A stretch of DNA of 64,000 bases. Origin: Thermodesulfobacteriota bacterium. Lineage in GTDB: Bacteria; Desulfobacterota_D; UBA1144; Nemesobacterales; Mycalebacteriaceae. Positions 1 to 10,327 of the stretch are shown in pieces (positions within the stretch are counted from its first letter, which is position 1; each line of letters starts with the position of its first letter). Under the pieces are notes generated by a model. The model was not told the DNA's origin and did no database searches. It saw nothing but the letters and a program-made list of their open reading frames with translations. Position numbers and translations under genes: made by a program. The stretch is from positions 32,001-96,000 of the forward strand of contig CBDAQI010000004.1 of the NCBI GenBank assembly GCA_965198945.1, given 5' to 3'.

Positions 1-1942
1 CATTTCCCTCGGTCGGGATGCCGCCGCTGCGTTTTTCATCAAAATTTCTTGTGTATTGTGCGGTCAGATCAACATCGGGCAGTAAATAGGAAAGTTTTTC
101 ACTCAGAAGCCGCCGTTTGTCCGCGTCAATTTGAGCCCGCACCTTTTTCAATTCAGGCGAGCGCTCGATACCGGTTTCAACAAAAAAATCCGTCAGCGCT
201 TCAAGGGAATACCGGTTGTTGATGAGCAGTGTGATGCGCTCGTCACTGATTAAGAGGTCCGGGTTGTCAAGCGTTTCCACCGTGGTGGCAAATGATTCGC
301 TGATGGGACGATTCAGTATGCGATTCAGAATCTGCTTGCGCTGTTCCAGTTGTGATTTTGCTTCCAATACTTCCTGTTTTGCGTTTGCCAACTCACTTTC
401 CCAGCGGTATAAATCCGATTTGTCGCTGTCGCCTATTTTCACGCGGGTTTGTGACAGACGGTAATTTTGTCTCGTAATGTCCAGATTGTAACGCTTCTGC
501 TGAAGTGAAGTCTGCTCCCGCAGCACATTGAGGTAAGCCGTAACCGCGGATTGAATAATGTCCAGTTCAGTTTCACGCAACAGTTCTTTTTCCGATAAGG
601 CGCCTAATTTTTCAATTGTAAAAGATGCCCAGAGCTCTTCGTTCAAGAGCGGCTGTGTTAAATTAACGGTTCCGTCAAAGGATTCTTCGGGCGAGAATCC
701 GTTCCGTGTATTGTATGTTTCTTTAAGTCTTTGATAACCGACACCCGCTTCAATACGGGGAAGTAGCTTGCCGCGGGCTTCATTTACGCGCTTGCCCGCC
801 TGTGCGGCACGCAGCCTCTGGGCCGCCAGCGCCAGGTTTACCTCAACCGCTGTGCGCGCCACCTTTGTGAGGTTGTAGGTTATATCGGTTTTCAGGCTGT
901 CCACATTCAACAGTTCGGTTTTGCCCAGTGTGTCAAAATCCGGCGCGATAAAAATCTGCCGTGAGGTCGCCATGTTAATTAGCAGGCGGTCGGATGCTTC
1001 AAAATAGACGGGCAGTTGTTCAGCGGGGGCGCCCTGCAGCACTTCCTGGATATGAATGGCGGTATAGCGAGCCAGGCGTTTCCAGTCCGTATCCGGATTA
1101 TTCGTGGCAAGCGCCCCCATATGCACATACTTTTCACCGCTCAGGGAAAAGCTCGGCAGCCTGCGGTTATTCACTTTTTCTATGAGCGACATAACGCTTG
1201 ACGTGTCCGCGTCCGGAAATGCGCCGTAGAGAACGGCGTCCGTTGCGGCGGGTATCGCATTTACAACATCTTGCGGGTTGTTGTTAAAAGGCAAAACGCT
1301 CAGTTGAACCCCGGCTTTTCTTGCCTGATCCTAAATGCCCTGTTTCATGGAGGGACGAATGTTTTTATACATTTTGGGATCCACTATGAGTGTGGCGTGA
1401 CTGAAATTCACAACGCTTTGCAGCACTTTGAGATCTTACTCAAAGTTAATATTCTGTGTGATGTAATTGAGATTTTTTATGCCGCTTCCGCCCTCTTGTG
1501 TTTCCGGATATCCGAGCAGCTGGGCATTTAGCACTATGGGCAGAAAAGTGGGTTTTTGATAGTCGGGCCTGATTCCAAGCAGTTGGTTGGCCGCAATGTC
1601 AACAACCAATACGTAGTCAACCGTATCGTCTTTATATGCCGCATCAATCAGCGCGTTAATGTCCTCGGTGGAGGCATCTGTTTCAATCCGGTAGGGGGTA
1701 AAAGAAATATCATGCTCTCCCTCAAATAACGCTTTTATCTCTTGTCTGAAAAGCCTGTTTATGGACTCTTCTTTTTTGTTGTATTGTTTGTCAGCTTCCA
1801 GAATCGCTATGTTCAAAGCTCCCGCTAACGCCTGATGGGAAGCGCCTATGATTGCGATCAAAATGGTTGCAGCGAATATAATTGTTGTTCTCAAATGTGA
1901 GCTCTTACGGTCTATTTTATCAAGATTGGCAAATATTTGCAT
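1..1942 (-). pseudogene. TolC-family outer membrane efflux protein with N-terminal substrate-binding-like domain; two in-frame stops; runs off window start
   Basis: ORF 1436-1942 has a signal-peptide-like stretch. Reading on in the same frame through TAA (1436-1438) and TAG (1331-1333) gives ...LLINMATSRQ...ARTAVEVNLALAAQR...AYLNVLREQ...DLYRWESELANAKQ, typical TolC repeats. Confidence 0.75.
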
Positions 1943-2105
1943 AAAGAGGCTATTTATACATTAAACAATCAGTTTGTAAATACATTATGTTTCGTAATGA
2001 GGATCCTCCATGGATGCGCCTTTTGGACAAACAAATACCGTTCCGGAGGTAATGGGAAGATTTTAAGACAAATTGAATGGGTAAAATATATGAGGAGACG
2101 GGCAA

Positions 2106-3495
2106 TTGAAAAATCAAACGGATAAAAAAATAATACTCGGCAAAGAAGAGTGGTGCGGGCTGCCTGAAATAGGCCTTCCGGCCGTTAAGGCGCGCATTGA
2201 TTCCGGTGCAAAAACATCTTCCCTGCACGCATTTAATATTCATCCTTTTGAAGAAAAAGGTAAAAAATATGTTCATTTTGATATCCATCCGATTCAAGAC
2301 AACCGCAAAGTAATACAAAGCTGCAGAGGTCTGGTGGTTGATAAGAGAGATGTCAAAAGTTCAAGCGGCGAGAAAGAAAAACGTCTTGTAATCAAAACAC
2401 TCGTCAGACTGAGTGACGAGGAATGGGAAATTGAAATTACACTCACGAACCGTGACACAATGGGCTATCGTATGCTGATAGGGCGCGAGGCCATTAAAGG
2501 ACGAGTTCTTATTGACCCTGAAAGATCTTTCTGTCTTGGCACCATAGATGAAGGGAAGGTTGAGACATACTACCGCTCCGTTAAACCGAGAAAAGACGGT
2601 TTGAGGATAGTATTGCTGGCGACCAACCCGGAACTTTATTCCAATAAGCGTATTATGGAGGCGGGTGAAGAGCGTGGCCATGAAATGCATTTTGTCCGTA
2701 TCCGTCAATGTTATATGAATATCAGTTCTCTTCAGCCGGAAGTTCGTTATCGGGGCGAAGAGTTGTTGGATGAGGTGGATGCCGTTATTCCGCGCATCAG
2801 GCCCTCAATGACTTTTTACGGTTGTGCTTTGACGCGTCAGTTCCAGTCCGTGGGGGCGTTCTGCCTGAACAACTCAGTTTCTATTTCACGGTCAAGAGAT
2901 AAGCTCCACTCGCTCCAGATCCTGTCTAACAGCGGTATTCCGATGCCCACCACCGGATTTGCCAATTCACCGGTGGATACGGCAAATATTATAAAAATGG
3001 TCGGAGGCGCTCCCCTTGTAATTAAACTTTTGGAGGGAACGCAAGGCAAGGGAGTCGTTCTGGCTGAAACAAACAAAGCCGCGGAAAGCGTGATAGACGC
3101 CTTCAAAAGTCTGCGGGCAAATATACTGGTGCAAGAATTTATCAAAGAGGCCGACGGCAAGGACATACGTTGTTTTGTAATTGACGGAAAAGTTGTGGGT
3201 TCTGTTCAGCGGGAAGCCGCCGCCGGGGAATTTCGTGCCAATCTGCATTCCGGAGGCACGGCAAGTTCCGTCAAGGTTACTGCGCAGGAGCGTAAAATAG
3301 CCATCAATGCGGCAAAGGCAATGGGATTGAAAGTCGCGGGTGTTGATATAATACGTTCTAATCAAGGCCCAAAGGTTCTGGAAATCAATTCATCACCCGG
3401 CCTTCAAGGCATAGAAGAGATTACGGGAAAAGACGTTGCGGGTCTGATGATTGAAAGCAAAGAATTTAAGAATAAAAACCAAGACCGCGGGTTAA
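2106..3495 (+). CDS. rimK: RimK-family alpha-L-glutamate ligase fused to N-terminal putative Zn/aspartic protease domain
   Basis: N-terminal [15 protein letters not shown] and [12 protein letters not shown], then ATP-grasp motifs ([27 protein letters not shown]). Removing one A from the run at about 3474-3478 gives a normal end (NKTKTAG*) at 3495; the called extension to 3812 runs through a repeat. Confidence 0.9.
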
Positions 3496-3547
3496 TTCCC
3501 TCGCCGTCATTTTCACTCCTTTCCATATCATTTCCATTTTTCCCTTT

Positions 3548-3629
3548 GTCATTCCCGCAAAAGCGGGAATCCAGTATTCAAATAAACCATGCTATGAAAC
3601 TCTGGATTATGTGTCAGACGCGGAATGAC
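3548..3629. repeat. 82-bp palindromic element (GTCATTCCCGC...GGGAATCCAG...CTGGATT...GGAATGAC), MITE/REP-like
   Basis: Terminal inverted GTCATTCC/GGAATGAC and an internal hairpin; closely similar inverted copy at 5551-5632. Confidence 0.8.
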
Positions 3630-3781
3630 TTTAAGCAAGAACAAATGTCCCGTATTTTGATATTTTCCTGTTGTCTCTACGAAAGCATAACCCCATGGAA
3701 AGCTTGTCCTCTTGAAATGGAAATAAAAATCCAGCCGCCTCTTTTCTTCAAACAATTATTAAACCGCCTGAATAAACCGAA

Positions 3782-3801
3782 GGGGAGGTTTTTGCCTCCC
3801 C
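3782..3801. terminator. Hairpin GGGGAGG-TTTTTG-CCTCCCC, likely terminator
   Basis: 7-bp GC stem between convergent genes. Confidence 0.5.
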
Positions 3802-3848
3802 ATTCAATTTAGTTTCACCACAACCGTTACCATTGTCCTGCAATTGGA

Positions 3849-5380
3849 TTATCCATATGGAATGAGTGTAAATCCTCCGGTAACGGTTCCACTGACCGTT
3901 GACGAGCGCACCCGCGCCTCCCACAACTTGGCACTGCCGGACGGCACTGAAGTTGACCAGCCGGTTCCGGCCACGGTTGTAACATCTCCGTTTGTTACAG
4001 ATATGCTTGTCGGCACGGAAGGAGTTGAAGAACTTCTTATAAAAGCCGAATAAGTATTCTTTAACCCTAAACCATCCAGCTTGTGCCAAGTGGAATTATC
4101 AGAAGGTGCTCCGAAATGCCAAGTTCTGTAAAGCAGACACGGAGAGTTTATTGACGTTTCACACCAACCTAACTGGTGTTTTCTGCCATGACTTACAAGA
4201 GTTAAAATGACAACTTGTCTGGTAAATTGAGAGGGAAATGTTGGGTCTCCCTGGCTTTCCCAGACACTGTATCCCAACGGAGCGCTTGTAGTTCTCCTAT
4301 CACTCTCCTAGCATGAAAGCGCGGAGGGTTGGTAAAAGCATTCATACTGCCTGACAGCATTGCCCATCCGGCAGTATCTGCGATAGGGTTGTCCGTATTG
4401 CTTGAAGTCCGCGTAATACGGCAAATATAAAAGACATTGTCATGAACAACTATGTCTCCCACAGCATAATTTCCGGCAGACCATTGTCCGCGCCATCCTG
4501 AACTGCTTCCCCCTGAAGGTGCGGCCAATTCCGCCGGGTTTCCGTCATTGTCAAAACCCAGAAACCTGTTCGCCGTGCCGTGTGCAAGCTGCGCAAGCCC
4601 GACTGAATCGTCCGGCACCTTTGATGCCGGTATGGCAGCCGTGTTGCCGGTCTCTGCCCAGTCAGCAACATTTGCCTGAATCCGGGCATCAACCTGTGAC
4701 TGATTCAAAAGGTCTGATGTATCGGGAATCTCGCTGTCACGCGCTACGCTGTCCAGGATTTTACTGTCCGGTATTGTGTCCATGCTGCCTTCAGTCGCCC
4801 AGTCGGCAACATTGGAAGACAAACCGTCTTTCTCCACCGGATTTCCGCTCTCATCAAAGCCCAGAAACTTGTTCGCCGTCCCATGCGCAAGCTGTTCCAA
4901 CCCGACCGAATCATCGGCTATTGCGGATTGAGTTACGACATCATCGGACAACTCCAAACCGACTTCAAAAACCCGCACTCTCACACTGTTGCTTTCAGAG
5001 TAAACAGCGCTGTCCACCGGAGCAAAGGGCGACTGCCCGTTATCCTCTCTTGAAATCTGCAGCTGATGGCTGCCCCATTGCGATTTCAACATAAACCTTG
5101 CGTTAAAATCGTGCAGATTCGTGTCTGAAGAAGCAAATTGCCCCCTGTCCAGTTCCAGATATCTGATTCCTCCTTCTCTGAGAAAGTCCGACGAAACAAT
5201 AGTCGCAAAACTCTGCGTCTCCAACGTTTCGGAGCCGCCCAACTGCGTATAGTTCAAACTCGCCGTAATCAGCAGCATCCTGTCTTCGGGAACCGTATAA
5301 TTCCCGACATTGTGGTAAGCGTCTGCGGTGGACAAGTCCACACTCACATCGCTTACATTTGTTAGATTCCAATTATTCAT
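3849..5380 (-). CDS. Phage tail-fibre-like repeat protein with CBM5/12-like and knob-like modules; frameshift near 4305
   Basis: AGGAGG RBS before ATG 5380; internal repeats DDSVGLxQLAHGTANxFLGFDxxGNP and NVADWAxxG; WRGQWSAGNYAVGDIVVHDNVFYIC module; continues in ORF 3849-4277. Confidence 0.55.
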
Positions 5381-5550
5381 AGTTGTTTTCCTCCTATGCA
5401 TTAAATTTTGGTTATGCACTGTTATAGGAAAAAACTATCTTTGTTGGCAAATAAAGGAGGTATGGAAAGAGATAAGGAGCTGTGCTTCAGGGGTTTTGTT
5501 GATGAGAAATGAACCCATTATTGAATTAAAGAATGGCCAATATACCCCCT

Positions 5551-5680
5551 GTCATTCTGCCTCTGACACGGAATCCGAGGGTTTATGGCAGGACTTGTCG
5601 GAATACTGGATTCCCGTTTCCACGGGAATGACGGGAGAAAGGGGAATGACGGGGAAAGAATTGGGAATGACAGAGAAAAT
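5551..5680. repeat. Inverted copy of the 82-bp palindromic element plus tandem GGGAATGAC subrepeats
   Basis: Reverse complement of 5551-5632 aligns end to end with 3548-3629. Confidence 0.8.
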
Positions 5681-5705
5681 GCAGAAATGAAGAGAAAAGC
5701 ATCCC

Positions 5706-7589
5706 CTACATCACAAACCTCATTGTAAACAAAACACCCTTTTCATCAGCGGGATTCAACTCATAGTTCCTGTTCTGAACCGTTATGTCTCCCTTCAACC
5801 CCGTGCTGTAGTTAAACTCCACACCGACATCAAAATTCTTCTTCCGCCTCATAAATGACACTCGCGCCGTCTGCGCATGTCCCCTCGCTGATTTAATCAG
5901 TGAATACACGGGATCAACCTCTCCATATGCCGCAGCAGCTCCCACTCCTATCCCATATGTGTCGCCCAACCCGAAATACCTGTCAAATGACGCTATCACC
6001 TTGTTCGTGTCTCCGAATCTATAGGAACCGCTGCCAACACTGCCGAAAAAAGAATCCGTCTCTCTTTCAAATGCAACGGAAAATCCGCTCGTGTGCGATA
6101 TGCCCGCTCTGCCCACTCCGTATTGCCCGTTCATGAAGAAGAAAGCTCCTTTGAAAAGATGAGCGGCGCTTCCTCCGTCCACAACGGGGACTGACAGATA
6201 ACCCGAATCGCGGAAGTCAATCATGCTTTTTATACTGTTCCAGGAGACAGACGGTTCTATGCGCAGGGAAGAAGATGAAGCGGAAAGGGGAACTGAAATT
6301 TCATAGTCTCTTGCAAACTCGTTGTTTTCATAGCCCTTTACGACAACGGGTTCGGATACAGATGCTCCGGATACGGCTATGTCGCCCCGGGCAACGGGAA
6401 GCAATTCAGCTGGGTCAACAAGATCTCCCGTGGGGAGCCAGATGGCTGAGACGGAGAATTGACCGCAACCGTAGACGGGGTCATTTCCCGGATCTCCAAG
6501 GTCTACTGCAGTTACGCAGGCGAGCTTTACAAGTTGCTGGTTTGTAAGATGAGGCCACTCATAGCGCAGGTTTACAAGTGTGCCCATAACAATGGGGGTG
6601 GAAAAACTTGTGCCGGAGATTCCGGTCAACCCGCTGTAGACACGAGGGTCGGTGTTTGAAACACTTCCGATTGATTGAAAGATTGTATACGGAGCGGCAA
6701 CACAGTAATTTGCCGTGATTCCGCAACGGTTTGAATTCGGATGTATTACCGGAGTCTGACCGGTTCCTGTATATCCTATATGAAAGCCTCGTTCGTTTGT
6801 CAAAGGCAGCACTCTGTTGTGGCTGAGCCCGGCAACCATAAGAATTGACTGGGTCAAATTGTGGATTTCCTCAAGAGCGGTAAGGTTATGCGCAGGTTGT
6901 GCTGGATTCGTAGTCAACTCTATTTGAGAACCCGGATTAATAACATACCGACTGTTTCCCCAATTGCCTGTGGGGATGACAAGAAGAGTCCTTGAATTCT
7001 GCACGTCCCGGGGGCTGATGAGGTTGATATTCGGGCTTGCACTGGGTGAAAAAAGGTTTGCCTGAGAAATGCCGACTATTCTGTTGGGGCTCACTTTTCT
7101 AAAAGCCTCTACTGTTCGGGGTTTTTCAATACCCACCTTAAAATATTCAAGCAATTGTACCGGTGTGGTAATCTGAGCCGTTTCCAGAACATCTTCAGCG
7201 TGTCCCGGCGGGATTCCGTCAATTATAGTTCCAATTTTATTTATCGCCCTTCCGGCTGAAACCTCCTGGGAAACACTGGTGGAGACACGATCATAGAGAG
7301 GAATTAATCCCGGTATTCTCGCACGGTTACATAATAAAAGCGATGAGCTTGTACCGGCAAGAAAATTATTGAAATCTTGCTCGCAAGGGCTTGAAAGCCC
7401 CGTATTTGTGTCCACCGGAATGATATCTACTGCGTCCTGCGGAATAGGAACAATTGGAAGCTTTTCAACCCGGGGACCGGGAAGTGACGGTTGCACAGGA
7501 ATCCCTCCGTTGCCCCCACCGCCACCGAAACAACCGGCGGATGTGGTAAAAACCAACGCTAATACAACCGCTAATTTTGCCAGTCGCAT
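5706..7589 (-). CDS. S8 (subtilisin-like) serine protease lipoprotein with C-terminal beta-barrel-like region
   Basis: Lipobox SAGC; IIDG, GHAEDV and SGTSFSTP catalytic-triad motifs; TAVDLGDPGNDPVYGCG; amphipathic beta-strand C-terminus. Confidence 0.75.
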   Translation of the reverse strand: MRLAKLAVVLALVFTTSAGCFGGGGGNGGIPVQPSLPGPRVEKLPIVPIPQDAVDIIPVDTNTGLSSPCEQDFNNFLAGTSSSLLLCNRARIPGLIPLYDRVSTSVSQEVSAGRAINKIGTIIDGIPPGHAEDVLETAQITTPVQLLEYFKVGIEKPRTVEAFRKVSPNRIVGISQANLFSPSASPNINLISPRDVQNSRTLLVIPTGNWGNSRYVINPGSQIELTTNPAQPAHNLTALEEIHNLTQSILMVAGLSHNRVLPLTNERGFHIGYTGTGQTPVIHPNSNRCGITANYCVAAPYTIFQSIGSVSNTDPRVYSGLTGISGTSFSTPIVMGTLVNLRYEWPHLTNQQLVKLACVTAVDLGDPGNDPVYGCGQFSVSAIWLPTGDLVDPAELLPVARGDIAVSGASVSEPVVVKGYENNEFARDYEISVPLSASSSSLRIEPSVSWNSIKSMIDFRDSGYLSVPVVDGGSAAHLFKGAFFFMNGQYGVGRAGISHTSGFSVAFERETDSFFGSVGSGSYRFGDTNKVIASFDRYFGLGDTYGIGVGAAAAYGEVDPVYSLIKSARGHAQTARVSFMRRKKNFDVGVEFNYSTGLKGDITVQNRNYELNPADEKGVLFTMRFVM

Positions 7590-8716
7590 AGTATGGCACC
7601 AGACTTTTCCACTCCGGAACCAAAATCAAAATTATGACCCAATTTTTTCAAGGTCTGCTCAACGGCTGATATAACGGCTATTGTGTCGGAGCGGTCTATA
7701 TATCCGATGTGTGACACGCGGAAAATTTTCCCTTTCGCCTGATCCTGACCTCCCGCAACAGTCATTCCAAAATCTTCTTTCAAGGATTTAATTATTGGAG
7801 CCGCTCCTATATCATTAGGCGCAACCGCAACTGACAGCGCCGTGCTGGGTTCGTCTTTTGTGAACAGATCCATTCCCATTGCCTCAAAAGCGCTTCTTGT
7901 TGCCAGAGAAAAAATCTCATGCCGTTTGTGCATATTTTCAAGTCCCTCATCTGTAAAACGTTTCAGCACTTGTGACAACCCCCTGATTAGACTGACGGCC
8001 GGAGTCCAGGGAGTGGTATTTTTATCGGAGCTTGCCAGAGCCGCCTTGAAGTCAAAATAGAACTTCGGCAAGTCGGAGGTTTTATTGAATTTCCATGCTT
8101 TTTCACTCATTGCGGCAAATGAAAGACCCGGCGGAAGCATAAAAGCTTTCTGTGAGCCCGCGACGAGAACATCTATTCCAAGCTCATCAAAAGGCAGAGG
8201 AAAAACTCCCACAGCGGTTATTCCGTCAACAATCAGAATCACATCGTCTCTTTCACGAGTGATTGAGGCAATTTCATCCGTCGGATTTTTGATGCCCGTA
8301 GACGTTTCGCTCGCCTGCATCAGAACTGCCCTTATGGAGGCGTCTTTTTCCAGCTTTTCGCGTATTAACCCCGGGTCAACGGCTTTTCCCCAGTCAACTT
8401 TTATTTCATCAACCTCAACACCGAAAGCACGGCAGATTTTTCCCCATCTTTCTCCGAACTTGCCCCCATTGACAACAATAACTCTGTCACCCCGGCAAAG
8501 CGTGTTGGAAACCGCTCCTTCCATTGCTCCCGTTCCTGAAGATGCAAGTACAAGCACTTCACCGGAAGTCTGGAAAATCTGTTTCAAATCAGCGCGGATT
8601 TGTTTAATTATAGCCTCAAATTCAGCTGTTCTATGGTGAATTATCGGCCTTGCCATCTCAATCAGAGCATCGCTCGGCACGGGCACGGGGCCTGGTGTAA
8701 AAACATAATCTTTCAA
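7571..8716 (-). CDS. Class V PLP aminotransferase (serine/alanine-glyoxylate type)
   Basis: FTPGPVPVP, SSGTGAMEG, AGSQKAFMLPPG (PLP lysine); GGAGG before TTG 8716. Confidence 0.92.
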   Translation of the reverse strand: MKDYVFTPGPVPVPSDALIEMARPIIHHRTAEFEAIIKQIRADLKQIFQTSGEVLVLASSGTGAMEGAVSNTLCRGDRVIVVNGGKFGERWGKICRAFGVEVDEIKVDWGKAVDPGLIREKLEKDASIRAVLMQASETSTGIKNPTDEIASITRERDDVILIVDGITAVGVFPLPFDELGIDVLVAGSQKAFMLPPGLSFAAMSEKAWKFNKTSDLPKFYFDFKAALASSDKNTTPWTPAVSLIRGLSQVLKRFTDEGLENMHKRHEIFSLATRSAFEAMGMDLFTKDEPSTALSVAVAPNDIGAAPIIKSLKEDFGMTVAGGQDQAKGKIFRVSHIGYIDRSDTIAVISAVEQTLKKLGHNFDFGSGVEKSGAILCDWQN

Positions 8717-8912
8717 GGGATTCCTCCATTCCCGAATGTCAGTTGTCCACTCGGGAATATATGCAAATCTATACAAACAGACTGGGTTTTCAAACCTGCG
8801 ATTTTTGAATTTGGGTGTTGGATTTGTCATCAATAATCCGCAATAGCGTGGGGAACCCATTTAATACAAAAAATCATTCAAAATTGCTTTTGTTGAGACA
8901 TGATTTTTCCTG

Positions 8913-9022
8913 CTCCGGATTCCCGCCCCCGTTCCCATCCCCGTTTTCAAGGGGGCATGCTTTCATGAGGACAAGCTTTCATGAGCACAAGCTTCCACGG
9001 AAATGACGGGGAATGGCGGGGA
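8913..9022. repeat. Third, mosaic member of the GGATTCCCGC...GAAATGAC palindromic family with AAGCTTTCATGAG subrepeats
   Basis: Shares GGATTCCCG and GG(A/G)AATGAC ends with the other copies; subrepeat resembles about 3690-3720. Confidence 0.6.
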
Positions 9023-9233
9023 AAATTCGGTTTGAATACGGGAAATTGAAATACACAACCGTAAGCGGAGAAACACATTTTAGCAAAAAACAACCCGGCA
9101 TTGTGGAACCGGAAATGTCTCATTTTTGTTTCAAAAACACTTATGCACACTTGCATACTTGCCGCCACACTATTTTTCAATTATTTGTTTTCTTTGATTT
9201 TCTTTTTATAATAAAAACGGAGGTTGTAAACAG

Positions 9234-9455
9234 ATGGGCAAATCAACTTTTGACTCCCTCAGTAAACTGTTTTTTGCGGGCGGTATTATTTCAGTTTTTA
9301 TTTCTCTTGGCGCCTGGTATACACAGGGTGGACTGAGTGAAGATATGCAGATTCGTGCGGCGGCGGAAAGGCTCGGTATCTTCATAGGCCTCTGGGCGCC
9401 CACCATGCTTGCGCTTTCAACGTGTCTGCGCCATATGGGGAAAGACAAGGGCTGA
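9234..9455 (+). CDS. Small two-TM membrane protein
   Basis: GGAGG RBS; two hydrophobic helices; AERLGIFIGLWAPT motif. Confidence 0.7.
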   Translation: MGKSTFDSLSKLFFAGGIISVFISLGAWYTQGGLSEDMQIRAAAERLGIFIGLWAPTMLALSTCLRHMGKDKG

Positions 9456-9472
9456 CATAAGGCTTATTCCGG

Positions 9473-10321
9473 GTGTTCAAATCCGTTCACAACAAAGTAT
9501 GGGCTTTTGATGTTGAATGGGTTCCCGACCCGGTTGCGGGGCGGCTCCTTTATAAGTTGCCCGAAACCATGTCAGATTCCGATGTAATCGGTGAGATGTG
9601 GAAGAGGGGAGGGGCAACCGATGAAGATCCCCGGCCCTTCCTGAAAACAATTCTGTGCAGGGTGGTTTCCCTCTCAATGGTCTCAAGGACTGTTGAAAAG
9701 GGGGAAACAAAAGTGAATCTGCATTCCATTCCCCAAATCGGGGAGACTTCCGATGATAAAAAGAGCGAAACTCACATAGTTTCCCGTTTTCTTGATGCGG
9801 TAGGTAAAAACAAGCCCCAAGTTGTAGGATACAACTCCGTGCGTGCGGACTTGAGAATTCTTGTCCAGCGAGCCGTTACAAACGGACTTTCTGTTCCGTC
9901 TTTTGCAAGAAGACCTGACAAACCATGGGAGGGGGCCGACTATTTTTCGGGTTTCAGCGACTGGAATGTGGATATGATGAACATAGTGGGCGGCAACAGG
10001 TCAACTCCTTCGCTGAATGAGCTTGCAAGACTTTCCGGTATCCCCGGCAAAATGGGTGTTGACGGAAATGAAGTCGCCCCGATGTGGCTTGAGGGGAGAA
10101 TTGACGACATAGTAAGATACAATGAGTTTGACGCACTGACGACTTATCTTTTGTGGTTGCGTTTTGCGCATTTCGGCGGTTTCTTTGACGCTCAGGAATA
10201 TAAGCGGGAGCAAACACTCATCAGGGATATGGTAACAGCCAAAGCGTCTTCGGGGCACAGCCACCTCGGAGACTATCTTAAAGAATGGGAAAGACTCGGC
10301 AGACTTGTTTCCCGAACCTGA
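9473..10321 (+). CDS. PolB-like 3'-5' exonuclease
   Basis: AFDVEWVPD (ExoI), VGYNS, YNEFDALTTY (ExoIII). Confidence 0.85.
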   Translation: MFKSVHNKVWAFDVEWVPDPVAGRLLYKLPETMSDSDVIGEMWKRGGATDEDPRPFLKTILCRVVSLSMVSRTVEKGETKVNLHSIPQIGETSDDKKSETHIVSRFLDAVGKNKPQVVGYNSVRADLRILVQRAVTNGLSVPSFARRPDKPWEGADYFSGFSDWNVDMMNIVGGNRSTPSLNELARLSGIPGKMGVDGNEVAPMWLEGRIDDIVRYNEFDALTTYLLWLRFAHFGGFFDAQEYKREQTLIRDMVTAKASSGHSHLGDYLKEWERLGRLVSRT

Positions 10322-10327
10322 ACCTTT

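Noticed and set aside
3496..3812. C-terminal extension of the 568-aa RimK ORF
   Set aside because: It arises from a one-base shift near the natural end and reads through a palindromic repeat; not a real domain.
5551..5690. CRISPR-like array from GGGAATGAC repeats
   Set aside because: Units are short and irregular, have no spacer structure, and no cas genes are present.
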